A stretch of DNA of 64,000 nucleotides from Candidatus Uhrbacteria bacterium (GTDB lineage Bacteria; Patescibacteriota; Patescibacteriia; UBA9934; GWF2-40-263), in assembly GCA_016844925.1 (NCBI GenBank), contig JAERTI010000055.1, forward strand, positions 1,459 through 65,458. Direction: 5' to 3'. The position numbers were made by a program, and so were the translations under genes. The notes under the pieces were generated by a model. It was not told where the DNA came from. It saw only the letters and a program-made list of their open reading frames with translations, and did not search any database. Position 1 is the stretch's first letter, and each line of letters opens with the position of its first letter. This document shows positions 34,984-44,320 of the stretch, piece by piece.

Positions 34984-36216
34984 ATGAACCGCATCATCCT
35001 CCATATCGATTTTAATTCTTACTTCGCCTCTGTTGAACAGCAGGCGAATCCTTTTTTACGGGGAAAGCCCATCGGCATCACGGGCAAGCAAGTAGAGCGT
35101 TCTGTCATTACGACGGCGTCGATTGAAGCCAAAGCTCTCGGGGTAAAAACCGCCATGAGCACCTGGGAGGCAAAGAAGATTTGCCCCTCCCTCATGCTCT
35201 GGCCCGGGGACCCAAAAAAATACGCCGCCATCACAGAACGTTTCAATTGCATCCTTAAGGAGTTTAGCCCCAACGTCTCTCAGTTCAGCGTGGACGAAAG
35301 TTTTTTAGATATTACAAACGAGGCTGAAGACTATTTTGGCGCCACCTGCCTTGCGCAGGCTCTACGTAAGCGACTCCAAGAAGAGTGCGGTGAACACATC
35401 ACCGCTTCCATTGGCATTGCTCCAAACAAGCTCATGGCAAAACTTGCCTGTGAATCCGTGAAACCAAACGGACTCACCGTTGTGCGCTCAGAGGATCTCA
35501 TTTCTTTTATCGACACAAGACCACTTCCCGCACTCTGCGGCATCGGCAGGCGCATCGAGGCTCGCTTAAACGCCTTGGGCATCGAGACGTTCAAACAACT
35601 TCGTGAGTTCCCTCTGGAGGACCTGCAAACTGAGTTCAATAGCTACGGCACCTGGCTCCACGAAGCCGCCCATGGCCGCGACTCATCGGCTGTTGTCTCC
35701 TCAACCCAAAAAGGCATTCGCAACATGCACTCTGAAGATGTGAAGTCGTACGGCCACTCGTACACCCTCCCCCAAGACACCTACGACCCCCTCGTTCTCA
35801 AACGTTACCTTCTGGGTCTAGCGGACAAAGTTGCCTGGCGCATGAGACGTGACGGTATTGTCTCTCGCCGTGTGAGTGCCTTTGTACGCTTCGGTGATTT
35901 CTCAAGCCACGGCGAACAACGAACCTTTCACGCCCCTACCGCCAACGGACTCAAACTTTTTCAAATCGCCTGGAACATTATCCAGCCCCACCTTGGGTAC
36001 ACTCCCGTCAGACTTGTCGGTCTCTCCGCCTCACAGCTCACGCAAGGCCCCGAACAACCACCTCTATTTAAAAAAGACCGAAAGATCCTTTCCGTCTTCT
36101 CTTCTCTTGATACCCTCCAGCACCGCTACGGCTCCGGCGTCTGGCAACGCGCCTCAACCCTCTCCGCAAAGTTCAAAACTCGCTCCAGCGGGTTTCACTA
36201 TGATCATGAAGTCTAA
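34984..36216 (+). CDS. dinB: Y-family DNA polymerase (DinB/Pol IV-like)
   Basis: ..MNRIILHIDFNSYFASVEQQ.NP.LRGKPIGI.......SVITTASIEAKALGVKTAMSTWEAKKICP.L.. and ..IASIGIAPNKLMAKLA...KPNGLTVV.. are canonical Y-family palm/finger motifs. Start at internal ATG 34984. Confidence 0.85.
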   Translation: MNRIILHIDFNSYFASVEQQANPFLRGKPIGITGKQVERSVITTASIEAKALGVKTAMSTWEAKKICPSLMLWPGDPKKYAAITERFNCILKEFSPNVSQFSVDESFLDITNEAEDYFGATCLAQALRKRLQEECGEHITASIGIAPNKLMAKLACESVKPNGLTVVRSEDLISFIDTRPLPALCGIGRRIEARLNALGIETFKQLREFPLEDLQTEFNSYGTWLHEAAHGRDSSAVVSSTQKGIRNMHSEDVKSYGHSYTLPQDTYDPLVLKRYLLGLADKVAWRMRRDGIVSRRVSAFVRFGDFSSHGEQRTFHAPTANGLKLFQIAWNIIQPHLGYTPVRLVGLSASQLTQGPEQPPLFKKDRKILSVFSSLDTLQHRYGSGVWQRASTLSAKFKTRSSGFHYDHEV

Positions 36217-36310
36217 TCCCTTATCATTGACATAAGGGATGAATTCCTCTATATTCACCAGCCTCTCACCCCAGTCGAGAGGTCCCGTTAACCCTAACCA
36301 AGGAGGTGCC

Positions 36311-36328
36311 ATGACGACCATAAAGTAA
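36311..36328 (+). other. 5-codon leader mini-ORF (MTTIK) with its own AGGAGG RBS; its stop abuts the RBS of the ParB-like gene
   Basis: AGGAGGtgccATGACGACCATAAAGTAAGGAGGtcgcATG. Upstream: TATATT (36250-36255) and a CCTCTC..GAGAGG hairpin (36262-36284). Confidence 0.4.
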
Positions 36329-36337
36329 GGAGGTCGC

Positions 36338-36661
36338 ATGGTGAGAACCGCTTGGCTCTCGATCGAGCACATCGCTGTTTCTTCCAAGCAGCGCAAGAAG
36401 GTGTCCCCCAAGAAGGTGGAGAAGCACCGCAAGGCGTTTGAGGAAGACCGATTCGTCGAGCCCATCGACGTCGTGTCCTGCAGGACCGATGAGAAGGAGC
36501 GCTACCGCATCCTCGGCAACGGCCGTCACCGCTACTTCGGCGCGCTGGAAGCCGGCATGCCGCTCATCGAGTGCAAGATCCACGACTCGAGACACGAAGA
36601 CTGGGATACGCACAACCACCCCTCCGCCCCCCAGGGCGAGCGGGTGTTTTTCTTTTTTTAA
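36338..36661 (+). CDS. ParB/sulfiredoxin-like nuclease-domain protein
   Basis: 107 aa. ..VEPIDVVSCRTDEKERYRILGNGRHRYFGALEAGMP.. contains the ParB N-domain GxGRxR-type motif. GC-rich. The 3' end runs into a terminator hairpin plus TTTTTCTTTTTTT. Confidence 0.55.
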   Translation: MVRTAWLSIEHIAVSSKQRKKVSPKKVEKHRKAFEEDRFVEPIDVVSCRTDEKERYRILGNGRHRYFGALEAGMPLIECKIHDSRHEDWDTHNHPSAPQGERVFFFF

Positions 36662-36666
36662 AAATC

Positions 36667-37443
36667 CTACTCACCACCCACCTTCTTTATCCAGTTATCT
36701 AAATAAACTTTCACCTGATCCAGGCATCCTTGCTCTCGATATGAGTGACCAGCACCTGAAATAACATGAAGCTCTTTCTCTCCAGGAAGAACATCAAATA
36801 ATTTTTGTTGGTGCCTGGGGGGCGTACCTTCGTCTATCTCCCCAACAATAAGCAAAACGGGCATCGTGAGTTTCTTTGCGTCTTTCAGCAGGTCGTACTT
36901 AAGACGGTCTTCCATATGCGACCACGGGAGCCGCAGCTCAACACCAGGTTTTGATCTGCTCATCCGCGTCTGCCATCCTGTTTGCTTCCATTTATCGTCA
37001 TCCTCAGGGCGATGTGCCTCCTGAGACAACGCTCCGGAAATCACTGACGATATGGGGGCCAAGCCCATGATCTCTTCTGGGTGCTGCTCGGCATAGAGCG
37101 CCGTCGAGATACCTCCCAAACTATGCCCCACCAAAAAGAATGGAGCGCTGTACCAGTCTTGTGACTTCGACCAACTGATGACATCTTCAAGGTCGCGATA
37201 ATAACTCGTAATGGTCGCATCCTCATATCGTCCACCACTCTCGCCGATTGTATCTGCTGTGTCGAATCGAACTGTTGTAAACCCGTTATCTACAAAACAA
37301 CGTGCAAACATCTCGACATGCACCTGCTCCTTAAACCCACCAAGCCCATGCATCACAAAAGCAAGTCCACGAGATGCTTCGGGTTGCTCGATCACCACCG
37401 CAATCTTCTGACCTCTTCGATTCTCAATAAAAACCTTCTCCAT
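36667..37443 (-). CDS. alpha/beta-fold hydrolase
   Basis: ..FVMHGLGG.. (oxyanion HGxxG), nucleophile elbow GHSLGG, later Asp/His. Confidence 0.75.
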   Translation of the reverse strand: MEKVFIENRRGQKIAVVIEQPEASRGLAFVMHGLGGFKEQVHVEMFARCFVDNGFTTVRFDTADTIGESGGRYEDATITSYYRDLEDVISWSKSQDWYSAPFFLVGHSLGGISTALYAEQHPEEIMGLAPISSVISGALSQEAHRPEDDDKWKQTGWQTRMSRSKPGVELRLPWSHMEDRLKYDLLKDAKKLTMPVLLIVGEIDEGTPPRHQQKLFDVLPGEKELHVISGAGHSYREQGCLDQVKVYLDNWIKKVGGE

Positions 37444-37445
37444 AC

Positions 37446-38000
37446 CTACTTCCCAAACGTTCCCTCCACCAAATGCTCACCTGGGTCAGCGCTCCCCTCA
37501 AACTGGTTCACCGTAATCACCAGATCTGTATAGGCAAAGTAATCCTCGTTGTCTGGCGCGTCCCATTCCAAAACGAACTCTCCATCATCGTTGGTCAACA
37601 TCTGACCGGCAGAGAAAAAGTCGTACGGGATCTTACGTACCATCCATACCTGGTAGTAATGAATCTCCCGGTCGATGTCTGGCAGTAGTGTATTGATCTC
37701 AAGATAGTACTGTCCGTCTTTGTCACCACGCTCTGCCTTTCCAAGTTCTTCTCCTGTACTCACCCAGCGCAACACGGCCTCACGTGCCTCTGTATCGATC
37801 GCTCCGTTGATGATTGCCTGTGAGATTGGGTCTGGTGTAAGAATGTTCACGATGGAATCGACTTCTGCCTCCTCTTGAGGTGGCTCAGAGCGAAACCATG
37901 TCACTGCCAAAACAAATACTCCAAACAATACCAATACGATCAATACGGTCCCAAGCGTAGACCCTAGTCGAAGTTTCTTTTTTTGTTGCCCGTACACCAT
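37446..38000 (-). CDS. membrane-anchored hypothetical protein (possible anti-sigma RskA-C-like ectodomain)
   Basis: 184 aa. N-terminal TM helix. The extracytoplasmic domain (..YYQVWMVRK...DFFSAGQ....DGEFVLEW..) loosely resembles anti-sigma-K C-terminal domains. Weak. Confidence 0.35.
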   Translation of the reverse strand: MVYGQQKKKLRLGSTLGTVLIVLVLFGVFVLAVTWFRSEPPQEEAEVDSIVNILTPDPISQAIINGAIDTEAREAVLRWVSTGEELGKAERGDKDGQYYLEINTLLPDIDREIHYYQVWMVRKIPYDFFSAGQMLTNDDGEFVLEWDAPDNEDYFAYTDLVITVNQFEGSADPGEHLVEGTFGK

Positions 38001-38002
38001 AG

Positions 38003-39145
38003 CTAAGCCGCACGCTTTACAGCCTCGGCAACAACATCTGCCACTCCTTCATCAAACGGAGACGGAAGGATCTTGTGCACCGTTGGCTCTGGCACCATTT
38101 TTGAAAGTGCCGATGCTGCAGCTACCCGCATGGCAGGTGTAATTGTTTGTATCCGGGCCTCAAGTGCTCCTTTGAATATTCCAGGAAATGCCAGCACGTT
38201 ATTCACCTGATTCGGAAAATCGGATCGCCCCGTTGCCACCACCGCCGCTCCAGCCGCTTCGGCAACGTCAGGCATAATCTCAGGTACAGGATTTGAAAGC
38301 GCAAAAATAATCGGCTGTGCCGCCATGGACCGCACCATCTCTTCATCAACAAGCCCTGGCTGACTCACGCCAATAAAGACATCCGCCCCTTTAAGAGCCT
38401 CCGCCAATGTTCCCGTTCTGCCTTCTGGATTGATATGCGCCGCCAACTCATCCTTATATGGATTCATGCCCCCGCGCCCAACAGCAATCATGCCGCGGGA
38501 ATCCACCATGGCCATGTGCTTGAGCCCTGCATCGAACAATAAGTTTGCAATTCCCATACCACCGGCACCAGCACCGGCCACCACCACACAGACATCCTCA
38601 ATCTTCTTCCCCACAACCTTCAACGCATTCATGAGGCCAGCGAGTACCACGATAGCCGTCCCATGCTGATCATCGTGCATTACAGGAATGTTGAGCTCTT
38701 CCTCGAGCCGACGCTCTATTTCAAAACAACGTGGAGCAGAGATGTCCTCGAGATTGATCCCCCCGAAGCCGGGAGCGATCCACTTCACCGCCTGAACAAT
38801 CTCATCAACATCCTGCGTGTCCAGACAAATCGGATACGCATCAACGTTTGCAAAATGTTTAAACAAAATCGCTTTCCCCTCCATAACGGGCAACCCCGCC
38901 TCAGGGCCAATATTCCCTAAGCCTAATACCGCAGACCCATCCGTAACCACAGCCACAGACCGTCCCTTAATCGTCAGATCCCACGCCTGAGACTGATCCG
39001 CTGCAATCAACCGACACGGCTCAGCCACGCCAGGGGTGTAGGCAATAGATAAGTCATCACTGTTCTCCATTGGAAACGTCGACTGGATTTCCAGCTTCCC
39101 CTGCTTCTTCCGATGAAGATCGGCGGATTGATCTGCGTAGCTCAT
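38003..39145 (-). CDS. NAD(P)-dependent malic enzyme (short, MaeB-N-domain type)
   Basis: ..LSIAYTPGVAEPC..IA........DLT.KG..VAVVTDGSAVLGLGNIGPEAGLPVMEGKAILFK.FA.VDA.PI.L.......EIV..VK.IAP.FGGINLEDI.AP.CFEIE..L.. and the AGAGAGG Rossmann motif. Confidence 0.85.
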   Translation of the reverse strand: MSYADQSADLHRKKQGKLEIQSTFPMENSDDLSIAYTPGVAEPCRLIAADQSQAWDLTIKGRSVAVVTDGSAVLGLGNIGPEAGLPVMEGKAILFKHFANVDAYPICLDTQDVDEIVQAVKWIAPGFGGINLEDISAPRCFEIERRLEEELNIPVMHDDQHGTAIVVLAGLMNALKVVGKKIEDVCVVVAGAGAGGMGIANLLFDAGLKHMAMVDSRGMIAVGRGGMNPYKDELAAHINPEGRTGTLAEALKGADVFIGVSQPGLVDEEMVRSMAAQPIIFALSNPVPEIMPDVAEAAGAAVVATGRSDFPNQVNNVLAFPGIFKGALEARIQTITPAMRVAAASALSKMVPEPTVHKILPSPFDEGVADVVAEAVKRAA

Positions 39146-41238
39146 AAGTCGTTTACATCTCTTAGAAAGCTCATGCCACTAATATCTTTTTTCACACGCT
39201 CCCCCATTTCATCGAGCACGATCGTGGGGCCGTCATCACTACGATCATTCCAACGAGAGCGACTCGGTGATGCGCTGTAGGCCGCCTTCAGTCGGACTTC
39301 TTCCAGAAGACCTGTTGGAAGCTCCTGCAAAAACTGTGAGGGCTGGCTTATCATGAGCGTATCATAGCCGGCAGTGATGGGATATGTGTAAAACAAGTGC
39401 TTTCGTGCGCGCGTGGTCGCTACGTAAAACAAGCGACGTTCCTCCTCAAGTCCGCCTTTCTCCTCCAGCGCACGACCGATTGGAAACTTCCCGTCGATCA
39501 GATGCATCACAAACACCGCATCCCACTCAAGTCCCTTGGCCTGGTGAATCGTTGAAAGAACCATCTTCTCATCATCCTCTCGTCCACCTTGCTCACGTAC
39601 AGATCCATAATCCGCACTTAACGAAACTTCGTCTAGGAACGTCGTGAGACTCTTATATCCCTCAGCAAACAACGCGAACTGTTCCAGATCGTCTAGACGA
39701 TCCATAAAATCTGGATACTCAGCCTCGACGTAATCCCGGTAGTCACCCCCGGTCACCGCTCGGATCAAATCTGCCGGGAGCTCTTCAGCTGACATCTTTG
39801 TGAGCGTACGCACAAGCATGGCCCAACTGGCCTGTGCCCTCTTAGGCACTTTAATCTCTCGGGTCAGCACATCCTGCAGAGCTTCTATGTCTCGTATTTG
39901 TCCGATAATTTTTTGTGCGGTCACGATACCGATCCCGTTCATGAGCCCGAGCACACGCATCCATGCCATCTCATCACGTGGATTCTGCTTAATGCGCAAG
40001 TGCGCCACGATGTCTTTTACGTGAGCACGCTCAAAAAACTTCAGACCGCCGCGATACTCATATGGGATATCACGCTTCATGAGCTCGAACTCGAGCGTCT
40101 GTGAATGAAAGGCTGCGCGGAACAAGACCGCGATCTCATTAAGAGGAACACCCTCATCTCGCAGCGCCAGAATACGCTGAGCAATAAACTGCGCCTCTTG
40201 AGAACTATTCGATGCCGGCACAAGATTCGGTCGCTCCATCTCACCGCGCACAGCCGTCAGTTCTTTTTTAAACTGATCTTTATTTTGTGTAATCGATGCA
40301 TTCGCCACAGCCAAAATATCTGGTGTAGATCGATAGTTGGTCGTGAGCCGAAATGTCTTTGTCTGATCGTACGTCTGTGGGAAGCCAAGAATATTCCTGA
40401 TCTCAGCTGCGCGGAACGAATAAATCGACTGAGCATCATCCCCCACGACCAAAATGTTTCCATGCTCGGATGCCAGCTGCCTGACAATCTCTGCCTGCAC
40501 AACGTTCGTGTCCTGGTACTCGTCGACCAAGATAAACTCAAACTGTTGTGCGAGCTTACGCCGCACCCCCTCATGGCTCTGCAAGAGCTTCCGCAGGTTG
40601 AGAAGCAAGTCGTCAAAGTCCATGCTGTCCGCCTCCCGCTTACGTACCTGGTACAGCTCGCCAATTCGTTCGATGATCGGCGCAATCTCTGTGAATGACG
40701 GATACTTCTGTTCAATCACTTGAGGAATCGTCTTCCCAGAGTTCATGCCGTAGCTAATCATGCCATGCAGCTTTGCTGGTGAAGGAAATCGCCGTGCACT
40801 CGTGTCGACGTTCAATGCCTTGATACAGACCTTCACCAAACTCTTTGCGTCCTCCTGATCTAGAATCGTAAAGCTTGGTGAGTAGCCAAGCTCACGGCCA
40901 TAGATACGAAGCAGACGATTCGCGATCGAGTGAAATGTCCCTCCCCAGAGCCCGACTGGGTAGCGTCCCAGGAGACCTTCGACTCGAGAGAGCATTTCTT
41001 TTGCTGCCTTGTTCGTAAACGTAACGAGCAGGATGTTGTCCGCACTCACGCCACGCTCAAGAAGATACGCCACACGATAGGTAATTGTCCGGGTCTTTCC
41101 AGATCCAGCTCCGGCGAGCACCAGGGCAGGGCCATCTCCATGAAGCACCACATCCAGCTGCTCAGGGTTTAATTCTGCTTTAAAATCAATCGTTGAGCGC
41201 GAAAGATCAAAGTCATCTTGTAAAACAAATTCTTTCAT
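39142..41238 (-). CDS. uvrD: ATP-dependent DNA helicase UvrD/PcrA
   Basis: Walker A ..AGAGSGKT.., motif II ..ILVDEYQDTN.., motif ..YRST.. and a C-terminal UvrD_C region. Confidence 0.9.
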   Translation of the reverse strand: MKEFVLQDDFDLSRSTIDFKAELNPEQLDVVLHGDGPALVLAGAGSGKTRTITYRVAYLLERGVSADNILLVTFTNKAAKEMLSRVEGLLGRYPVGLWGGTFHSIANRLLRIYGRELGYSPSFTILDQEDAKSLVKVCIKALNVDTSARRFPSPAKLHGMISYGMNSGKTIPQVIEQKYPSFTEIAPIIERIGELYQVRKREADSMDFDDLLLNLRKLLQSHEGVRRKLAQQFEFILVDEYQDTNVVQAEIVRQLASEHGNILVVGDDAQSIYSFRAAEIRNILGFPQTYDQTKTFRLTTNYRSTPDILAVANASITQNKDQFKKELTAVRGEMERPNLVPASNSSQEAQFIAQRILALRDEGVPLNEIAVLFRAAFHSQTLEFELMKRDIPYEYRGGLKFFERAHVKDIVAHLRIKQNPRDEMAWMRVLGLMNGIGIVTAQKIIGQIRDIEALQDVLTREIKVPKRAQASWAMLVRTLTKMSAEELPADLIRAVTGGDYRDYVEAEYPDFMDRLDDLEQFALFAEGYKSLTTFLDEVSLSADYGSVREQGGREDDEKMVLSTIHQAKGLEWDAVFVMHLIDGKFPIGRALEEKGGLEEERRLFYVATTRARKHLFYTYPITAGYDTLMISQPSQFLQELPTGLLEEVRLKAAYSASPSRSRWNDRSDDGPTIVLDEMGERVKKDISGMSFLRDVNDL

Positions 41239-41260
41239 AACGGGGCCATAGTATCATACG

Positions 41261-41291
41261 AGTCAAAAGAAAAAGACCCTCGTCAAGGGTC
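41261..41291 (-). repeat. terminator/-35 junction module copy (minus-strand orientation)
   Basis: Minus strand reads GACCCT-TGACGA-GGGTC-TTTTTCTTTTGACT directly after the stop of the 461-aa GC-rich gene and 22 nt before uvrD. Confidence 0.6.
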
Positions 41292-41303
41292 TCGTGTGTG
41301 CAC

Positions 41304-42689
41304 CTAGAGCGGTGCGCAGGCCTTACGGAGCTCGTCCGTCATGCCCTCAAGGTCAGGCCCTCCGTCTGAGAGCTTGCGCATGAGATGCACGTCCGCCAGG
41401 TGAACGTGAGGGAACACGCTGGCACGGACCTTTCGTGCGAACCCGTCGTCCAGGAACGCCCTGGTCTCGGGAACCCGACGCGTGAGGCGTCGGTGGATGG
41501 CACGCAGATCATCATGCCAGGCGATCTGGCGAGAGTCGGCGACATCCTCTCTGCGATCGATGAGAATGGCCGCTTGCAGCAGAAGCTCTTCGAGCTGCCA
41601 GTGCAGATCTCGCAGCACCATGCCGTGGTAGCTCTGCATCAGCACGTCGCGTGAGCGGAGCATCACTGCGGCGGCAGCGTCTGCCCCCTCGCTTTTGGCC
41701 ACGTCAGCAGCCTCGCGCATGATCGCGGCAGCTTGGCGCATATTGCGCACGGAGTGCCGGAGCGACCGCACGAACGGCCGGGTCACGATCTGCTCGAGCT
41801 GACGTGCGTACTGCTCGAGTCGATCCGCCTCACGGCGGACCGTTGCGGTCGAGCGTACAGCTCCGTCGCCACCTGAGCGTCCACGCACCGGCAGCAGACG
41901 ATCATCGCCGAACAGCACCCTGGACTGCAGCCGGTGCAGCTGTGAGTTGCCGATCTGTCGACAGATGATGCGCAGGCGGTCGATGTAGACCTCCAGCACC
42001 ACCTCGCGGAAACTGATACGACGCGTGATGCCTCGCACCGTCTGGATCCGCTCAGCGAGATCCTTCTGCCCAGCGAAGATGATGAGCGGAATGCGCCCCG
42101 GGTTGAACCGGCCCAAGGAGTCCTTGAGCTTGCCAGCCTGGATCGCACGCGCCAGCGCTGCCACCTTGTTCTCGTCGATGACGCGACCATGAGCATCCAG
42201 CAGCGCAGCGGCCACCAGGACGTACTCTTCACGCCCATCTTCCTCCAGGAGATGAAGCGTCCAGGACGTCTTGACCATCCAGTCGAAGGTCTCGTCCCAG
42301 CTCGCGAGAGCCGGAAGCTCGACGTGCTTGCCACGCGTTTGCGCATGCGCCATCCCGCGGCGCGCCTTGTAGACGCTCTCGTACGAGATGAAACACTGCT
42401 GCGCGTAGGTCACCTTCTCTACGCCATTGAGGCGCTCGGACACCCTGAGGTTCCGAGAGAGAATGCGACCGGGCTCCAGCTCCTTGATGCCCTTGAGGGC
42501 CTCGATGCTGTGCGCCGGCACCTCGTAGAGGCAGTGCGGCACGAGCTCGATCAGAGCGAAGTCCTTCACCTCGAGCGGCGGCGGCTTCTTGCCCTTGCTG
42601 GGCCTCTTGCGCAGAAGCTTGAAGCTGCGCTTGATGACGACCAGGTTGAGTGGATCCGGCCACTCGAACGGGTCACGGTAATGAGCCAC
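41304..42689 (-). CDS. 461-aa hypothetical protein (GC-rich insertion upstream of uvrD)
   Basis: GTG start 7 nt after AGAGGAG. A TTGACA-17-TATTTT promoter sits upstream. No family recognised. Arg-rich helical C-terminal half. Confidence 0.5.
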   Translation of the reverse strand: MAHYRDPFEWPDPLNLVVIKRSFKLLRKRPSKGKKPPPLEVKDFALIELVPHCLYEVPAHSIEALKGIKELEPGRILSRNLRVSERLNGVEKVTYAQQCFISYESVYKARRGMAHAQTRGKHVELPALASWDETFDWMVKTSWTLHLLEEDGREEYVLVAAALLDAHGRVIDENKVAALARAIQAGKLKDSLGRFNPGRIPLIIFAGQKDLAERIQTVRGITRRISFREVVLEVYIDRLRIICRQIGNSQLHRLQSRVLFGDDRLLPVRGRSGGDGAVRSTATVRREADRLEQYARQLEQIVTRPFVRSLRHSVRNMRQAAAIMREAADVAKSEGADAAAAVMLRSRDVLMQSYHGMVLRDLHWQLEELLLQAAILIDRREDVADSRQIAWHDDLRAIHRRLTRRVPETRAFLDDGFARKVRASVFPHVHLADVHLMRKLSDGGPDLEGMTDELRKACAPL

Positions 42690-42804
42690 GATTCATCTCC
42701 TCTGTATCTGTAGAATTCTCGGTGAATCGGCACTATAAAATAATAAAAAAACCCCTGAATGTCAATCCAGAAGCCTTCTTTTTTTAACAACGACGTACCC
42801 TTAC

Positions 42805-43827
42805 CTACTTAAGGTATCGATACTTGTTATCAATGTGCTGATCAAATGTTGCGGAGTAAATCGCCACTCCCTCAGGAGTCGTCAAGAAGTACAAATACTC
42901 AGAATCTTGTGGGTTCAGCACGGCATTGATCGCATTCATACCAGGGTTACTGATGGGCCCTGGTGGCAATCCAAGATTCTTATACGTATTGTAAGGCGAG
43001 TTCACCCGAGAGTCCTCGAGGGTGACACCAGGATCATTCTTTCCTGTGATGTAGTTCACCGTCGAGTCGGCCTGCAGGGCCATCCCAATTCTCAGGCGGC
43101 TAAAGAAGATCCCTGCCACAAGAGCCATATCCTCAGGATCACGCACCTCACGTTCAACGATGGACGCGAGCGTGATCACCTCATGAAGCGTCATACCATT
43201 TTCAAACACGAGCGTATCAGGAATCACGATATTGTTTTCAGCCATGCGACGCTTGAGTGTGAGCACCATGGTGTCCGCAACTGTCTCAGCATTTGCTCCT
43301 TCGGCAAAACGATAGGTGTCAGGAAACAAGTACCCCTCAAGACCCTGCCCCTGTGGAATACCACCAAGCACATCCGTCGAGGTAAGCATCCACTTACCAT
43401 TCTCCCCGCTCACTGTTGCCCACTCTTCATCCGTCACCTGTGCAAGAGCCTCGACAACTGTTTCTCCAATCTGCGCACGTGTATACCCCTCAGGAATCGT
43501 GACCTCAACTTCATTGGCTTCTGCAAACGCCAGCTCTGAGACCACCGAGGAGAGACTCATGCCTGGCGTTAGTTCAAAGCTCCCCGCCTGAAGTGTTGCG
43601 TTATTCAGCTTGACGTAAACTTTGAAAAACAATGGACTCGTAATGAGCTCCGCCTCCTGAAGCGCTGCGCCAATAGTCTCGACAGAAGCACCTGCCTCGA
43701 CATCAAACGCCACCGCCTCAGCGTCAGCAGCGGGACTTATCATGTACGCATCGTACAAATACGACCCGCCCATGAGGCTTCCAAGCACTAAACAGATTCC
43801 CAGGAATAAAAGAATAGCTCGAATCAT
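42805..43827 (-). CDS. mltG: endolytic murein transglycosylase MltG (YceG-like)
   Basis: N-terminal TM anchor, ..GASVETIGAALQEA.LI......F........AT.LQAGSFEL.PGMS.... and the YceG C-terminal pattern ..GLPPGPISNPG..A.NAVLNP. Confidence 0.8.
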   Translation of the reverse strand: MIRAILLFLGICLVLGSLMGGSYLYDAYMISPAADAEAVAFDVEAGASVETIGAALQEAELITSPLFFKVYVKLNNATLQAGSFELTPGMSLSSVVSELAFAEANEVEVTIPEGYTRAQIGETVVEALAQVTDEEWATVSGENGKWMLTSTDVLGGIPQGQGLEGYLFPDTYRFAEGANAETVADTMVLTLKRRMAENNIVIPDTLVFENGMTLHEVITLASIVEREVRDPEDMALVAGIFFSRLRIGMALQADSTVNYITGKNDPGVTLEDSRVNSPYNTYKNLGLPPGPISNPGMNAINAVLNPQDSEYLYFLTTPEGVAIYSATFDQHIDNKYRYLK

Positions 43828-43829
43828 AC

Positions 43830-44315
43830 TTATGCCCCATGGCAGTCAACGTATTTTTTTTCTGCTCCGCAAAAACACTCTCGATCTGATCGGTCCTCTG
43901 CTGTAAGCCAAGAGCTCGACTGCACCTTCCCTCCCCGACCAATGTTAAAGACCGTTTGAATATTCATCTCCTTAGCTAAGATCGCCTCTGGAATATTATC
44001 AGCAAACCGGTCACCGCCATTGGCAAAGACGTGTGGCTGAATCTCCCGAAGCGCATCACACACGCTCATATCCTCACAATCAGGCTCATGACCAGTCAAC
44101 ACAACACGTGCCACGCCCGCCATCGCCTCAATAATCTCTTTACGTTGCTCTTGAGGCATGAACACATACCCCTTCTTTTTTGTGAGCCAGTTGTCATTGT
44201 TAATAATCACAACCAACTCGTCTCCAAGCGCGGCCGCTTCTTGAATCATTCGAACATGACCCACATGAATAGGATCGAACCCACCTGAAACTGTGACAAT
44301 AATGTTCTCTGACAT
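43830..44315 (-). CDS. cytidylyltransferase-fold nucleotidyltransferase (RfaE-II/TagD/NadD-like)
   Basis: ..VTVSGGFDPIHVGHVRMIQEA.. (HxGH nucleotidyltransferase motif). C-terminal Cys cluster ..CFCG....YVDCHG. Confidence 0.65.
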   Translation of the reverse strand: MSENIIVTVSGGFDPIHVGHVRMIQEAAALGDELVVIINNDNWLTKKKGYVFMPQEQRKEIIEAMAGVARVVLTGHEPDCEDMSVCDALREIQPHVFANGGDRFADNIPEAILAKEMNIQTVFNIGRGGKVQSSSWLTAEDRSDRECFCGAEKKYVDCHGA

Positions 44316-44320
44316 AACGT

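Noticed and set aside
40105-40723. Plus-strand ORFs of 197 and 89 aa (and the minus 40257..40715) inside uvrD
   Set aside because: Antisense or alternative frames of a helicase gene with all canonical motifs in the annotated frame.
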